Assembly (NCBI GenBank): GCA_964392105.1
Contig: CAYMPA010000001.1
Span: 4,118 to 68,117, forward strand
DNA length: 64,000 bases
Direction of reading: 5' to 3'
Source of the DNA: an uncultured Enterobacteriaceae bacterium
Lineage (GTDB): Bacteria; Pseudomonadota; Gammaproteobacteria; Eutrophobiales; Eutrophobiaceae
Shown here in pieces: positions 50,875 through 60,204 of this stretch (positions are counted from its first letter, which is position 1; every line of letters begins with the position of its first letter). The notes beneath the pieces were generated by a model. The model worked only from the letters and a program-made list of their open reading frames with translations, did no database searches and was not told the origin of the DNA. Position numbers and translations under genes: made by a program.

Positions 50875-51660
50875 TTAAGTTTTTCGCGAAAGAAATATCA
50901 AGCCGGGTTTTTTATGTTTGTAAAACTTGATAATTTTAAAACCATATCGTTGAAATAATATAGCCACTGTTTTTCTGGTGAAATGCTGTACGTGTATTGG
51001 CGGACAGAAAACATCCCATTCAGTTATATCTTCTGGTACTTTGGGGTGGCCTAAATCTGGTGTTGTTATATATAAATAGCCATCCTTTTTTACCAGGTTT
51101 TCGAGCGCTTTCATATAAAGATTAATGTTGCTGACGTGTTCGATTACTTCTGAAGAATAGACGAAATCATATTTATTTTTTGAATCGAGCAATTGTACAA
51201 AATCCATGCAATAGTAATTTGCTCGTTTGAAACGCTGCTTTGCATACTCAACAGCATTTTCACTTATATCAACCCCGGTTGATGTCTTTGCAATAAAACT
51301 TAATGCGTGAGCAACAAAACCACCGCCGCAACCGAAATCCAGGGTATTTTTTCCTATTGCATAAGGCAAAAAGCGGGGCAGCTTGATAAAGGCGCGTCTC
51401 AGGCGAGAGCTTGATTTATTGTATGTTGGTTCCGGCTCTTTTTCGCTATCCATGTAAAGTTCGTTTAGTGTATTTTGATCAGGCATTGGATTTAAAAATA
51501 CAAAATCACACCCTGTACAGCGATTAAATGGATAATCATTTTTTGTCACAAAATAATTGGTTTCTGCGTTATCACAAACCGGACAAGGCACAATAGTGTT
51601 TTCGTTGTCATTCAAACTATTCAATCCAGGACGCCCCGCTCTAATAATAGTATTGAACAA
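50875..51660 (-). CDS. Class I SAM-dependent methyltransferase with an N-terminal zinc ribbon
   Basis: CPVCDN...CTGCDF ribbon and the SAM motif LDFGCGGGF. The track start is a TTG that overlaps the upstream gene by 40 nt; an in-frame GTG near 51594 is an alternative start. Confidence 0.65.
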   Translation of the reverse strand: MFNTIIRAGRPGLNSLNDNENTIVPCPVCDNAETNYFVTKNDYPFNRCTGCDFVFLNPMPDQNTLNELYMDSEKEPEPTYNKSSSRLRRAFIKLPRFLPYAIGKNTLDFGCGGGFVAHALSFIAKTSTGVDISENAVEYAKQRFKRANYYCMDFVQLLDSKNKYDFVYSSEVIEHVSNINLYMKALENLVKKDGYLYITTPDLGHPKVPEDITEWDVFCPPIHVQHFTRKTVAILFQRYGFKIIKFYKHKKPGLIFLSRKT

Positions 51661-52529
51661 CGTTCTGCCTCATTAAACTTAAAAGAATTGGTTCTTAATG
51701 TTTTTGAAACTTTCCATGCGCCGAATGTTGTAAGTTGATTTTCGTTAATTAAAGTGTTTATCGCGTTGCTTATCCTGGTTTTCCTTTTTTGTGGTATTTC
51801 AAGCAAACCGACCGATGCACCGGAAGAAAGCGATTCATAAATCATGGAAACACTATCTTCACTGACCCATATGTAGTTGGACTTAAAAATAAACTCATGA
51901 ATATTTTTTGTGTCCGTTTCGCTATAATTTAATACTTTGATATTCTCACCAACCATTTCAACTAGTCTTGTCAGTATTTCTTCAGGAGTTCGAGGTGAGT
52001 CGGCAATAATCCATTTTATTTTTGAATTATTTGTAACAATGGTTTCAATCTGATTAATTATTAATTCGCCATCCCATTGATAGTGCTTTGATGGTCCGCC
52101 AAGCAGAATTAACCCCATGTTTGGTGTGTTTTCTTCGTTGAATTGTATCGGGTTTAATGCGCCGGTAGTTGTAATTACATTATCCTTCTCGGGAGGTAAG
52201 TCGTGTTTTGGAATTATGCAAAAATCAAAAAATGACAAAGGCAAACTTGGTTTCATTAAGACAATAATTTTTCCATTTCGAGCACGTCTTGCGGATAACA
52301 TCGGCAAATGAGTTCCATGTCCCGCACCTATGATAATATTTGGGTCAGGCAGATCATCGCCGCGTGGAAATTGTTTGAACAAAAGATGACTAAAATTATT
52401 AATTAGCGAATTGACAGGTATATCAAATCGCTCACATTTCTTTAGTTTTTCTATAGCAGTGCATAATCCTATGCTTTGAGTGTCGTGGCCAGATTTACCA
52501 TCAGTAAAGCGCCAAATATTAAAAGTCAT
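51621..52529 (-). CDS. ELM1/DUF1022 family protein (glycosyltransferase-like; LPS-cluster associated)
   Basis: The N-terminal FTDGKSGHDTQ motif is characteristic of bacterial ELM1-family proteins. It lies in an LPS context. Confidence 0.55.
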   Translation of the reverse strand: MTFNIWRFTDGKSGHDTQSIGLCTAIEKLKKCERFDIPVNSLINNFSHLLFKQFPRGDDLPDPNIIIGAGHGTHLPMLSARRARNGKIIVLMKPSLPLSFFDFCIIPKHDLPPEKDNVITTTGALNPIQFNEENTPNMGLILLGGPSKHYQWDGELIINQIETIVTNNSKIKWIIADSPRTPEEILTRLVEMVGENIKVLNYSETDTKNIHEFIFKSNYIWVSEDSVSMIYESLSSGASVGLLEIPQKRKTRISNAINTLINENQLTTFGAWKVSKTLRTNSFKFNEAERCSILLLERGVLD

Positions 52530-52551
52530 GTTTTCCTGGTTTTATAACCAA

Positions 52552-52755
52552 CTAATCCTCGAGAATATACTCGGTACTGCAATAAGGACATTTTTCCTCA
52601 CCTGAGTCTTCAATCGGGAGATAGACCCGCGGATGTTGATTCCAGAGGCTCATTTCAGGCAAGGGGCAATGCAATGGCAATTGTTCTTTTTTAATATGAA
52701 ATACAGACTCATCGCTTGTGGATACCGTTGCCATATCTTGTCCTGTTTCACTCAT
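52552..52755 (-). CDS. Zinc-finger (zf-CHCC type) small protein
   Basis: 67 aa with the pattern ...HPRVYLPIEDSGEEKCPYCSTEY; commonly adjacent to ilvE. Confidence 0.55.
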   Translation of the reverse strand: MSETGQDMATVSTSDESVFHIKKEQLPLHCPLPEMSLWNQHPRVYLPIEDSGEEKCPYCSTEYILED

Positions 52756-52767
52756 AGCGTTGCCTCG

Positions 52768-53688
52768 TTAGACATAACTCAACCAACCCTGGTGTTTTTC
52801 AAGTTTTCCTTTTACACAATCAAAATACAATTTTTGTAATTTTTCTGTAATTGGCCCTTTTTTGCCGCTCCCGATCTGACGGCCATCAAGCTCACGTATT
52901 GGCGTCACTTCGGCAGCTGTCCCGGTAAAAAATACTTCATCAGCAATATATACTTCATCGCGAGTTATCCTTTTTTCTTTAACGGCAATATTATTTTCTT
53001 GAGCAAATTGCATGATGGTTTCGCGAGTAATTCCCTCAAGCGCAGATGTTAAATCAGGCGTATACATAATGCCATTACGCACAATAAAGATATTCTCACC
53101 GCTACCTTCAGCAACATAGCCCTCATTATCCAGCAGTAATGCCTCGTCATAACCGGCAGCGAGCGCTTCCTGTAAAGCGAGCATGGAGTTCATGTAGTTG
53201 CCGTTTGCTTTTGCCTTGCACATCGTAATATTGACATGATGACGGGTGAAGGAGGATGTTTTGATTCTAATCCCCTTTTCCAGCCCCTCGTGTCCGAGAT
53301 AAGAGCCCCAGGGCCAGGCGGCAATCATCACATGAACTTCAAGGTTATCTGCTCTCAACCCCATCCCTTCTGAACCATAGAAACACATTGGTCGTATATA
53401 TGCAGTCTCCAGATTATTGTTTTTTACAGTATCAAGGCACATTTTATTGATCGTTTCTTTATCGAAAGGCAACTTCATGTTTAGTATGTGTGCAGAAGCA
53501 AATAGCCTGTTGGTATGGTCATCAAGGCGGAAGATGGCAGTGCCATAATCCGTCTTATAGGCCCGAATGCCTTCAAAAACACCCATACCATAATGAAGGG
53601 TATGTGTTAGCACATGGGTTTTTGCATCTCTCCAGGGGACAAATTCGCCATCAAGCCAAATAACCCCGTCACGATCATCCATACTCAT
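52768..53688 (-). CDS. ilvE: Branched-chain amino acid aminotransferase
   Basis: Fold-type IV PLP enzyme with the IlvE motifs (EGIRAY, catalytic Lys region, NGNYMNS). Confidence 0.92.
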   Translation of the reverse strand: MSMDDRDGVIWLDGEFVPWRDAKTHVLTHTLHYGMGVFEGIRAYKTDYGTAIFRLDDHTNRLFASAHILNMKLPFDKETINKMCLDTVKNNNLETAYIRPMCFYGSEGMGLRADNLEVHVMIAAWPWGSYLGHEGLEKGIRIKTSSFTRHHVNITMCKAKANGNYMNSMLALQEALAAGYDEALLLDNEGYVAEGSGENIFIVRNGIMYTPDLTSALEGITRETIMQFAQENNIAVKEKRITRDEVYIADEVFFTGTAAEVTPIRELDGRQIGSGKKGPITEKLQKLYFDCVKGKLEKHQGWLSYV

Positions 53689-53792
53689 TATTTTCTTACC
53701 GAATGTTTTAAATTAATTAATCTTGTAAATAATTATGGTTTTAACAAAGCGGACTAATGGTAATGCGCCAGTCAAACTCAATCAATAAGTCT

Positions 53793-54086
53793 TTAATCTA
53801 GAAACCGCAGTTGGACGCGTTTGAGTGTGCGTTTTGCGGGGTCAGTTGCGCCGACTAAAAAGCCGCGCATAGTTATGTACAGGACGTACGGTATGCTGGT
53901 TTTGCAGGAGCAAAAACCAGCGATTCTACGCAAGGCATTTGCCGTCAAGCAAATGATCCTGAAAAATGTGCCATAAAATGCGTAGACGGACTTACTCAAT
54001 GCGCGAAATACTGAAATATGATAAGTAACTGGTTTGTAATACATCATTTTGATTTGCGGTCGGTCAACTGCGGTTTCTAGGTTTAA
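53793..54086. repeat. Interspersed repeat, family 2, copy B
   Basis: Begins TTAATCTAGAAACCGCAGTTG and ends CAACTGCGGTTTCTAGGTTTAA (a perfect ~17-bp TIR). It is about 85-90% identical to 18734..19087 over the shared core. It lies in the ilvE / rhodanese divergent region. The 84-aa track ORF inside it is probably spurious. Confidence 0.7.
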
Positions 54087-54169
54087 CCAATCTATAAATT
54101 GATATCAATTTAGAATTCGTACACAGGATGGATTATGCTGTAAAAATATACCCAAGATTCGATTAAACA

Positions 54170-54610
54170 ATGCATAAAATCCAGGCAACAAATATGATTA
54201 AAGAAATTCTTCCAAAAGAGGCCTATGAGATACTGGAACTGCAGAAAAACGCCGTATTGATAGATGTTAGAAGCACTATGGAATACGAGTATGTTGGTCA
54301 TCCGCGAAATGCGATACATGTCCCCTTGAAAGAACCGCCTGACTGGGATATACAGCAGGATTTTGTGAAAAATACCAGGTTAGTATTGGAACAGCGATTA
54401 CCAGAAAATAATACAATAAACGAAATCCCGGTATTAATGCTTTGTAGAAGCGGCAAACGATCCGGGCTTGGGGCTGAATTGTTGATCAAAGACGGGTTTA
54501 CAAACGTGTACAATGTGCTTGAAGGATTTGAAGGAGACAAGGACGATAATGGTCATCGCAACAGCATCAATGGCTGGCGGTTTCATGGTTTACCGTGGGA
54601 GCAGTCATAA
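54170..54610 (+). CDS. Rhodanese-like domain protein
   Basis: Single rhodanese domain with an active-site Cys loop (CRSGKRS). Confidence 0.8.
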   Translation: MHKIQATNMIKEILPKEAYEILELQKNAVLIDVRSTMEYEYVGHPRNAIHVPLKEPPDWDIQQDFVKNTRLVLEQRLPENNTINEIPVLMLCRSGKRSGLGAELLIKDGFTNVYNVLEGFEGDKDDNGHRNSINGWRFHGLPWEQS

Positions 54611-54651
54611 TTACTCTGTTTTATTTGATTTATCCATGCAGGCTTCTCTAA

Positions 54652-56055
54652 ATGAGACCATTTAAACCATTAATTGATCTTGCTAAAAATATCCTGGCCG
54701 GTACGCGTGCCGCATTGTTTATGCCTGTTCATCTTTGGTTATTTAAAAGCGGTTATTTGCAAATTTGTCTGCTTTTAGTTGTTTCATTATGCCTGTCAAT
54801 TGTTCATGATTATTTTGATACGGCGCCTGATAATTACTTTAATCCTTATGGCTTAAGCTATCAGGCATTACTTTACCTGTTGTTTTTTTTCAGTTTGAGC
54901 CTAATAGCGGTTCTTAACTCAAGACAGCGTGATTTGCCCAAACTGATTGTTTTGTTTTTATCAATTGTTCCGGTTATATGGTTAGGAACAGTTTGTTTAT
55001 TGGCTTTGGCAAAACAACAATCTTATTTTGATGCATACCAATCAAACTGGGCAGTTTTTATTATTTATTCACTATGGTACATGTTGGTTGTTGCTCGCTT
55101 AATAAAACGGTTTTTTTATATACGTGTTTTACCAACTCTTGTTTATGTGGTGTTTTATGCAGTAGTTAATTTTACCCCCTTGTTTTTATTGCCAGCCGAA
55201 CCGCTTTGGTATCCGATACAAACGGTTAATAATCAAACAAAATACTCACGAAGTATTGACGTTGAGACTATTTACTATTCGCAAAATACATTGCTGAATG
55301 AAGTAATTAATAATCTGGTTGACGGTAGAGAAGGCGTTGACGATTTATTTTTTATAGGCTTTGCAGGCGATGCCGATGAAGATGTTTTTATGAATGAAGC
55401 GATTGCAGCCCAAAACATCATGAATAATTATTTTGATGCTTTTGGCCGTTCGTTGGTTTTGATCAATAATGAAGATACCGTTGACAGCATCCCTTTGGCG
55501 AACGGTCATAATCTAAAATATAGTATTAAAGAAACAGCAAAATTAATGAATACGGACGAAGATATAATGCTTCTTTTTCTGTCATCTCACGGATCTGAAG
55601 ACCATTATATTTCCGCCAATTTCCCTCCATTTAAGCTGAATGATATTAATGCGACAAACATCAACAAGGCTTTCGATATGGCAGGCATAAAGTGGCGCAT
55701 AATAATTGTTTCAGCCTGTTATTCAGGTGGGTTTATAGATGCCCTGGCAAATCCGTATACTTTGTTGATAACTGCTGCGAGCGCAGACCGAAATTCATTT
55801 GGATGCGGGCATGATGGAAAATATACATATTTCGGCGATGCTTATTTTGAGAGCGGTTTAAAGCAAACAAAATCTTTTATTAAGGCCTTTGATCGTGCGA
55901 AAGAATTAATTTACGACAAGGAAAATAAAGAGGGGTTTAAAAACTCAAATCCGCAAATCAGTATTGGATCCGAGATAGAAAGTAAATTAGTTGAATATGA
56001 AAAAAGACTTAAGGCAAAGGGCAATAACAATTGGGCAAGCACAGTTAATAGTTAA
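54652..56055 (+). CDS. Membrane-anchored C13-family (legumain-like) cysteine peptidase
   Basis: N-terminal ~6 TM region followed by a C13 domain with a His motif (LFLSSHGSED) and a Cys motif (IIIVSACYSGGF). Confidence 0.62.
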   Translation: MRPFKPLIDLAKNILAGTRAALFMPVHLWLFKSGYLQICLLLVVSLCLSIVHDYFDTAPDNYFNPYGLSYQALLYLLFFFSLSLIAVLNSRQRDLPKLIVLFLSIVPVIWLGTVCLLALAKQQSYFDAYQSNWAVFIIYSLWYMLVVARLIKRFFYIRVLPTLVYVVFYAVVNFTPLFLLPAEPLWYPIQTVNNQTKYSRSIDVETIYYSQNTLLNEVINNLVDGREGVDDLFFIGFAGDADEDVFMNEAIAAQNIMNNYFDAFGRSLVLINNEDTVDSIPLANGHNLKYSIKETAKLMNTDEDIMLLFLSSHGSEDHYISANFPPFKLNDINATNINKAFDMAGIKWRIIIVSACYSGGFIDALANPYTLLITAASADRNSFGCGHDGKYTYFGDAYFESGLKQTKSFIKAFDRAKELIYDKENKEGFKNSNPQISIGSEIESKLVEYEKRLKAKGNNNWASTVNS

Positions 56056-56353
56056 GGGCACCTCTAAAAATGCACTTTTTCCGCGATAGCGTCGTCAGCT
56101 CCGTACTCGAATACCCAGAGGGCACGCTGTACCCAAGGGGCATGCTATCCTCATGTATCCCTTATACACTACGGTTCTCGGCTTTGGCTTGAAAACTTGT
56201 TCCTGACGTTTTCTACCACCTACATCCGTGTAGGCGTTCCTGCGTCGCTCTATCTCCTGCATCCATGCAGTCGTCCGTGCGGTGCTCACCCCCCCCCAAG
56301 GGGGTACCGAGGTCCTCGCTCTCACGGAAAAATCACTATTTTTAGAGGTGCCC
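56056..56353. repeat. Family 1 repeat, copy B (complete, with perfect 14-15-bp TIRs)
   Basis: Begins GGGCACCTCTAAAAATGCAC and ends TTTTTAGAGGTGCCC. Its interior is a chain of short perfect hairpins (CCTACAtccgTGTAGG, CTGCATccATGCAG, CCCCCaaGGGGG, CGAGGtCCTCG). It exactly fills the gap between the C13-peptidase stop and the tatC stop, which are convergent. The track ORF 56095..56325 inside it is spurious. Confidence 0.75.
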
Positions 56354-56358
56354 TTAAA

Positions 56359-57126
56359 TTAAGCTGGCTTATCTAAATCTTCCTGATCTGAAGAATCTTT
56401 TTTATTACCACTATATCTGCTAAGGACAAGACCACTTTCGAACAGCAACCAAATAGGCACGGCCAATAATATTTGAGATATCACATCTGGTGGTGTTAAT
56501 AGCATGCCTGCTAAAAAGGCCAACAAAATTATATAAGGCCGATTAGCCGTCAGCTTTTCAACACTGACAATACCGGCCCTGACCAATAAAAATGTTGCTA
56601 CAGGAATTTCAAATGAAACGCCAAAGGCGAAAAACATCTTAAGAATAAAATCAAGATAATGATTAATATCAGTCATTATCTGTATGCCTTCTGGTGCAGT
56701 AGCAGTCAAAAAGGCAAATAAAACAGGAAACACAATATAATAGGCAAATAATATTCCGATATAAAAAAGTAAACTGCTGCTTATTAATAATGGAAGCGCT
56801 AATTTTTTTTCGTTTATGTATAGCCCTGGTGCAATAAAGGACCAGGCCTGGTAAAGAGCATAGGGAACAGAAAAAAGCACTGCACAAAACAAGGTTAATT
56901 TAAATGGTGCAAAAAAAGGAGAGGCCACCTCTGTTGCGATCATACTGCTTCCTTCAGGAAGCTTTGCTATTAATGGCGTTGCGATAAAGCCATATATCTG
57001 ATTTGAAAACGGAAGCAGCACCAGCATTATTACAAAAACACAAATTACAACTCGTAAAAGACAAGTGCGTAATTCAATTAAATGTGAAATTAACGGCTGT
57101 CCAGAATCTGTATTGGCATCCGTCAT
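56359..57126 (-). CDS. tatC: Twin-arginine translocase subunit TatC
   Basis: 255 aa with six TM helices and TatC family motifs. Confidence 0.93.
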   Translation of the reverse strand: MTDANTDSGQPLISHLIELRTCLLRVVICVFVIMLVLLPFSNQIYGFIATPLIAKLPEGSSMIATEVASPFFAPFKLTLFCAVLFSVPYALYQAWSFIAPGLYINEKKLALPLLISSSLLFYIGILFAYYIVFPVLFAFLTATAPEGIQIMTDINHYLDFILKMFFAFGVSFEIPVATFLLVRAGIVSVEKLTANRPYIILLAFLAGMLLTPPDVISQILLAVPIWLLFESGLVLSRYSGNKKDSSDQEDLDKPA

Positions 57127-57144
57127 AATAAAAGTATGAACAGC

Positions 57145-57432
57145 TTACTTTGCTGATTCACTTTCGTTGTTGTTATTAGTTTGGCCCAATATGATACGAT
57201 CAGGCGACTCTTTCATCAGGTCATCGATATGGTTAATGCTCTTGTGGAGATCGCCTGCTTGATCTAATTCAAATTCTTTTTCAAGTTCTCTTCTGGCGGA
57301 TTGAATAAGATTGCGAGCCCTGGCAAAAATTCGTCCAGCATCACGGGCAAATTTTGGTAATCGTTCAGGTCCAATAATAACCAAAGCGACAAGCGCGATA
57401 ATCACCAGCTCCCAGAACCCGATATCAAACAT
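57145..57432 (-). CDS. tatB: Twin-arginine translocase subunit TatB
   Basis: MFDIGFWELVIIALVALVIIGPERLPK N-terminus followed by an amphipathic helix. Confidence 0.88.
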   Translation of the reverse strand: MFDIGFWELVIIALVALVIIGPERLPKFARDAGRIFARARNLIQSARRELEKEFELDQAGDLHKSINHIDDLMKESPDRIILGQTNNNNESESAK

Positions 57433-57462
57433 GGTTGTATCTTTGTGAAGTGTTATTGAAGA

Positions 57463-57705
57463 TTAGCTTTTAGAAGTATCTTCATTTTGTGATTCAACTT
57501 CAACTTCACCCTCTATTATTTGGCCCGGTGACGAATTGTCGGTTGGTTCATTCAATTGTTCCTTTTCTTCAGGTTCACTAACTGCACTCCTGAAGCTTTT
57601 TACTGCGCTTCCCAAATCACCACCCATATTACGCAGCTTTTTTGTACCGAATACCAAGGCAACGATTAGTAATAGAATTAATAACTCAGAGACTCCAAAT
57701 CCCAT
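57463..57705 (-). CDS. tatA: Twin-arginine translocase subunit TatA
   Basis: [28 protein letters not shown]. The start was taken at the internal ATG, which matches the canonical TatA N-terminus. Confidence 0.85.
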   Translation of the reverse strand: MGFGVSELLILLLIVALVFGTKKLRNMGGDLGSAVKSFRSAVSEPEEKEQLNEPTDNSSPGQIIEGEVEVESQNEDTSKS

Positions 57706-57788
57706 ATTTATTCTCTCCACATATTTTTCATTATAGATTAATTATAGTTGACCTTATTTCATAACAGCAGGCAAGCTCGACATTTAAA

Positions 57789-58121
57789 TCAGGTCTTTGA
57801 TGAATTATTTCGATTAGCTTTTTCCTCAAGACCAGATAAACCAAACCGACTCTCAAGCTCCTTAAGAATGTCATTAGAATCAAGACCATGAAACTTAAGC
57901 AACACTAGAGTATGAAACCATAAATCGGCAATTTCGTGAATTATAGCTGCATTTTCACCGGATTTAGATGCAATTAGCGTCTCAGTCGCCTCTTCACCTA
58001 CTTTTTTCAGGATGCTATCCAGGCCGTCACTAAATAGCTTGGCTGTGTACGACTCATCAGGGGTGGCTTGTTTACGCTGTTCCAGTATTTCACAAAGAGA
58101 GTTAAGTATGTCTTGCTTCAT
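57789..58121 (-). CDS. hisE: Phosphoribosyl-ATP pyrophosphatase
   Basis: 110 aa, MazG-like; ELADLWFHTLVLL motif. Confidence 0.88.
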   Translation of the reverse strand: MKQDILNSLCEILEQRKQATPDESYTAKLFSDGLDSILKKVGEEATETLIASKSGENAAIIHEIADLWFHTLVLLKFHGLDSNDILKELESRFGLSGLEEKANRNNSSKT

Positions 58122-58134
58122 TTCGGTCCTGTTA

Positions 58135-58515
58135 TTAATAGATGTCTTCAGGGTCTTTTAATATTTCTTCGGTCGTTTGCCAATTATCATCATCGAGCGT
58201 CATAAAAAAACAATGATGTCTACCAGTATGACATGCAATACCACCCACTTGCTTTACAGTAAGCAGTAATGTGTCGAAATCACAATCAATTTGTATCGAT
58301 TCAACGAGTTGATAGTGTCCCGATGATTCGCCTTTGGTCCAAAGTGATTGACGAGAACGCGACCAATAAACGGCTTTACCGCTTTGATTGGTTTGTTCAA
58401 GAGCCTCACGATTCATCCAGACATGCATAAGAACTTGTCGGGTCTCAGCCTCCTGTACTACAACAGGGACCAGCCCATCATTATTCCAATTAACTTTATC
58501 CAGCCACGAGCTCAT
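58135..58515 (-). CDS. hisI: Phosphoribosyl-AMP cyclohydrolase
   Basis: Conserved HisI motifs (metal-binding Cys pair, [16 protein letters not shown]). Confidence 0.88.
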   Translation of the reverse strand: MSSWLDKVNWNNDGLVPVVVQEAETRQVLMHVWMNREALEQTNQSGKAVYWSRSRQSLWTKGESSGHYQLVESIQIDCDFDTLLLTVKQVGGIACHTGRHHCFFMTLDDDNWQTTEEILKDPEDIY

Positions 58516-58517
58516 GA

Positions 58518-59291
58518 TTAAAGACGAACCTCAATGTTTCGTCTGGACATGCATTCTTTTGCCTCGGCAACAGTATGTTCTCCAAAATGAAAGATACTGG
58601 CGGCAAGAACAGCGTCTGCCTTCCCATAGAGTATGCCGTCGGCAAGATGTTCCAGATTACCCACTCCCCCTGAAGCAATAACGGGGATATTTACAGCTTC
58701 ACTAACGGCTCTGGTGAGTTCAATATCGAAACCATCTTTTGTGCCATCTCTATCCATACTGGTTAATAATATCTCTCCAGCACCCTGTTCCGCCATTTTT
58801 TGTGCCCAATTCACGGCATCGAGTCCTGTTGTATTTCGGCCGCCGTGTGTGAATACTTCCCAATGATTGGAGTTATCATCAGAGTCGATTCGTTTGGCAT
58901 CTATAGCGACGACAATACATTGAGATCCAAATTGCTCTGCAGCACGTCGTACAAATTCTGAATCTTTTACTGCAGCGGTATTAATGCTGACTTTGTCTGC
59001 GCCTGCATTGAGCATACGTTTAATATCGTCGATTGTGCGTATCCCCCCGCCAACAGTGAGTGGTATAAAAACCTGGCCTGCCACTTCCTCAACAACATGT
59101 ACCATGGTGTCGCGATCATCACTGCTGGCAGTAATATCAAGAAATGTAATTTCATCAGCACCTTGCTGATCATAACGATTGGCGACTTCGACAGGATCAC
59201 CGGCATCACGGATATCTACAAATTGAACGCCTTTAACAACCCGCCCTTTATCAACATCCAGGCAAGGTATTATGCGTTTGGCGATCCCCAT
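58518..59291 (-). CDS. hisF: Imidazole glycerol phosphate synthase cyclase subunit
   Basis: (beta/alpha)8 barrel with RIIPCLDV and SGGVG motifs. Confidence 0.95.
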   Translation of the reverse strand: MGIAKRIIPCLDVDKGRVVKGVQFVDIRDAGDPVEVANRYDQQGADEITFLDITASSDDRDTMVHVVEEVAGQVFIPLTVGGGIRTIDDIKRMLNAGADKVSINTAAVKDSEFVRRAAEQFGSQCIVVAIDAKRIDSDDNSNHWEVFTHGGRNTTGLDAVNWAQKMAEQGAGEILLTSMDRDGTKDGFDIELTRAVSEAVNIPVIASGGVGNLEHLADGILYGKADAVLAASIFHFGEHTVAEAKECMSRRNIEVRL

Positions 59292-60040
59292 TAACCGGCC
59301 TTATAAGTACAGCTTTCGTCTGCCAGTTTTTGTGCTTTAGCAAAATCAAGCGTACCTTCATAGATGGCACGACCTGTAATCGCGCCAAAGATGCCTTCTT
59401 CCCCTGCTTCACACAAGGCACGTATATCATCAAGGTTACTAATGCCACCAGAAGCTATTACAGGAATGGTTATGCCACGGCAAAGACTGACTGTCGCGTC
59501 AACATTAACGCTGGTTAACATGCCATCACGGCCAATATCGGTGAATATAATCGCAGCAACCCCATCTTCTTCAAAACGTATAGCCATGTCATTTGCGTCA
59601 TGGTGTGATAATTTTGACCAACCGTTAGTAGCCAATTTCCCCTCCTTTGCATCAAGACCTACAATGATGTGCCCAGGAAATTCAAGACAAACGTCGGACA
59701 CAAAATGTGGAGTGGTAACCGCGCGTGTTCCGATAATGACATAAGATACACCAACGTCCAGATAGGCTTGTATGCTGTCTTCATCCCGAATACCCCCGCC
59801 TACTTGCAACGGGATATCCGGGTGATTTTCAGTAATCGCATGAACAACATCCGCGTTACTTGGTCTGCCATTAACAGCACCATCAAGGTCTACAATATGT
59901 AATCGTCTTGCTCCCGCCTCAACCCATTTGTTGGACATTTCTACCGGGTCATCTGAATAAATTGTTTCTTTGTCCATTTGACCTTGGCTAAGGCGTACGC
60001 ATTTTCCGTTTTTAATATCAATTGCTGGGATTATTAACAT
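59291..60040 (-). CDS. hisA: ProFAR isomerase
   Basis: [18 protein letters not shown]-terminus and a C-terminal SGGI motif; overlaps hisF by 1 nt. Confidence 0.93.
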   Translation of the reverse strand: MLIIPAIDIKNGKCVRLSQGQMDKETIYSDDPVEMSNKWVEAGARRLHIVDLDGAVNGRPSNADVVHAITENHPDIPLQVGGGIRDEDSIQAYLDVGVSYVIIGTRAVTTPHFVSDVCLEFPGHIIVGLDAKEGKLATNGWSKLSHHDANDMAIRFEEDGVAAIIFTDIGRDGMLTSVNVDATVSLCRGITIPVIASGGISNLDDIRALCEAGEEGIFGAITGRAIYEGTLDFAKAQKLADESCTYKAG

Positions 60041-60204
60041 GATAAGTTAGCTCGATGAATATCGACGTGTTGTACGAAACGCTTTTTATTTAGGTTTATT
60101 GTGAATAAGTTTAAGACTCTATCAATATCTTAGCATATCACCAGTAATGTCATAGTCGAAATTATAGGGAGAGCCTTTACAGAATAATACATTTCGTGTA
60201 ACTA

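Noticed and set aside
56095-56325. 76-aa ORF on the minus strand
   Set aside because: It lies inside family-1 repeat copy B. It is near-identical at the DNA level to the spurious ORF in copy A, so its conservation reflects the repeat, not a protein.
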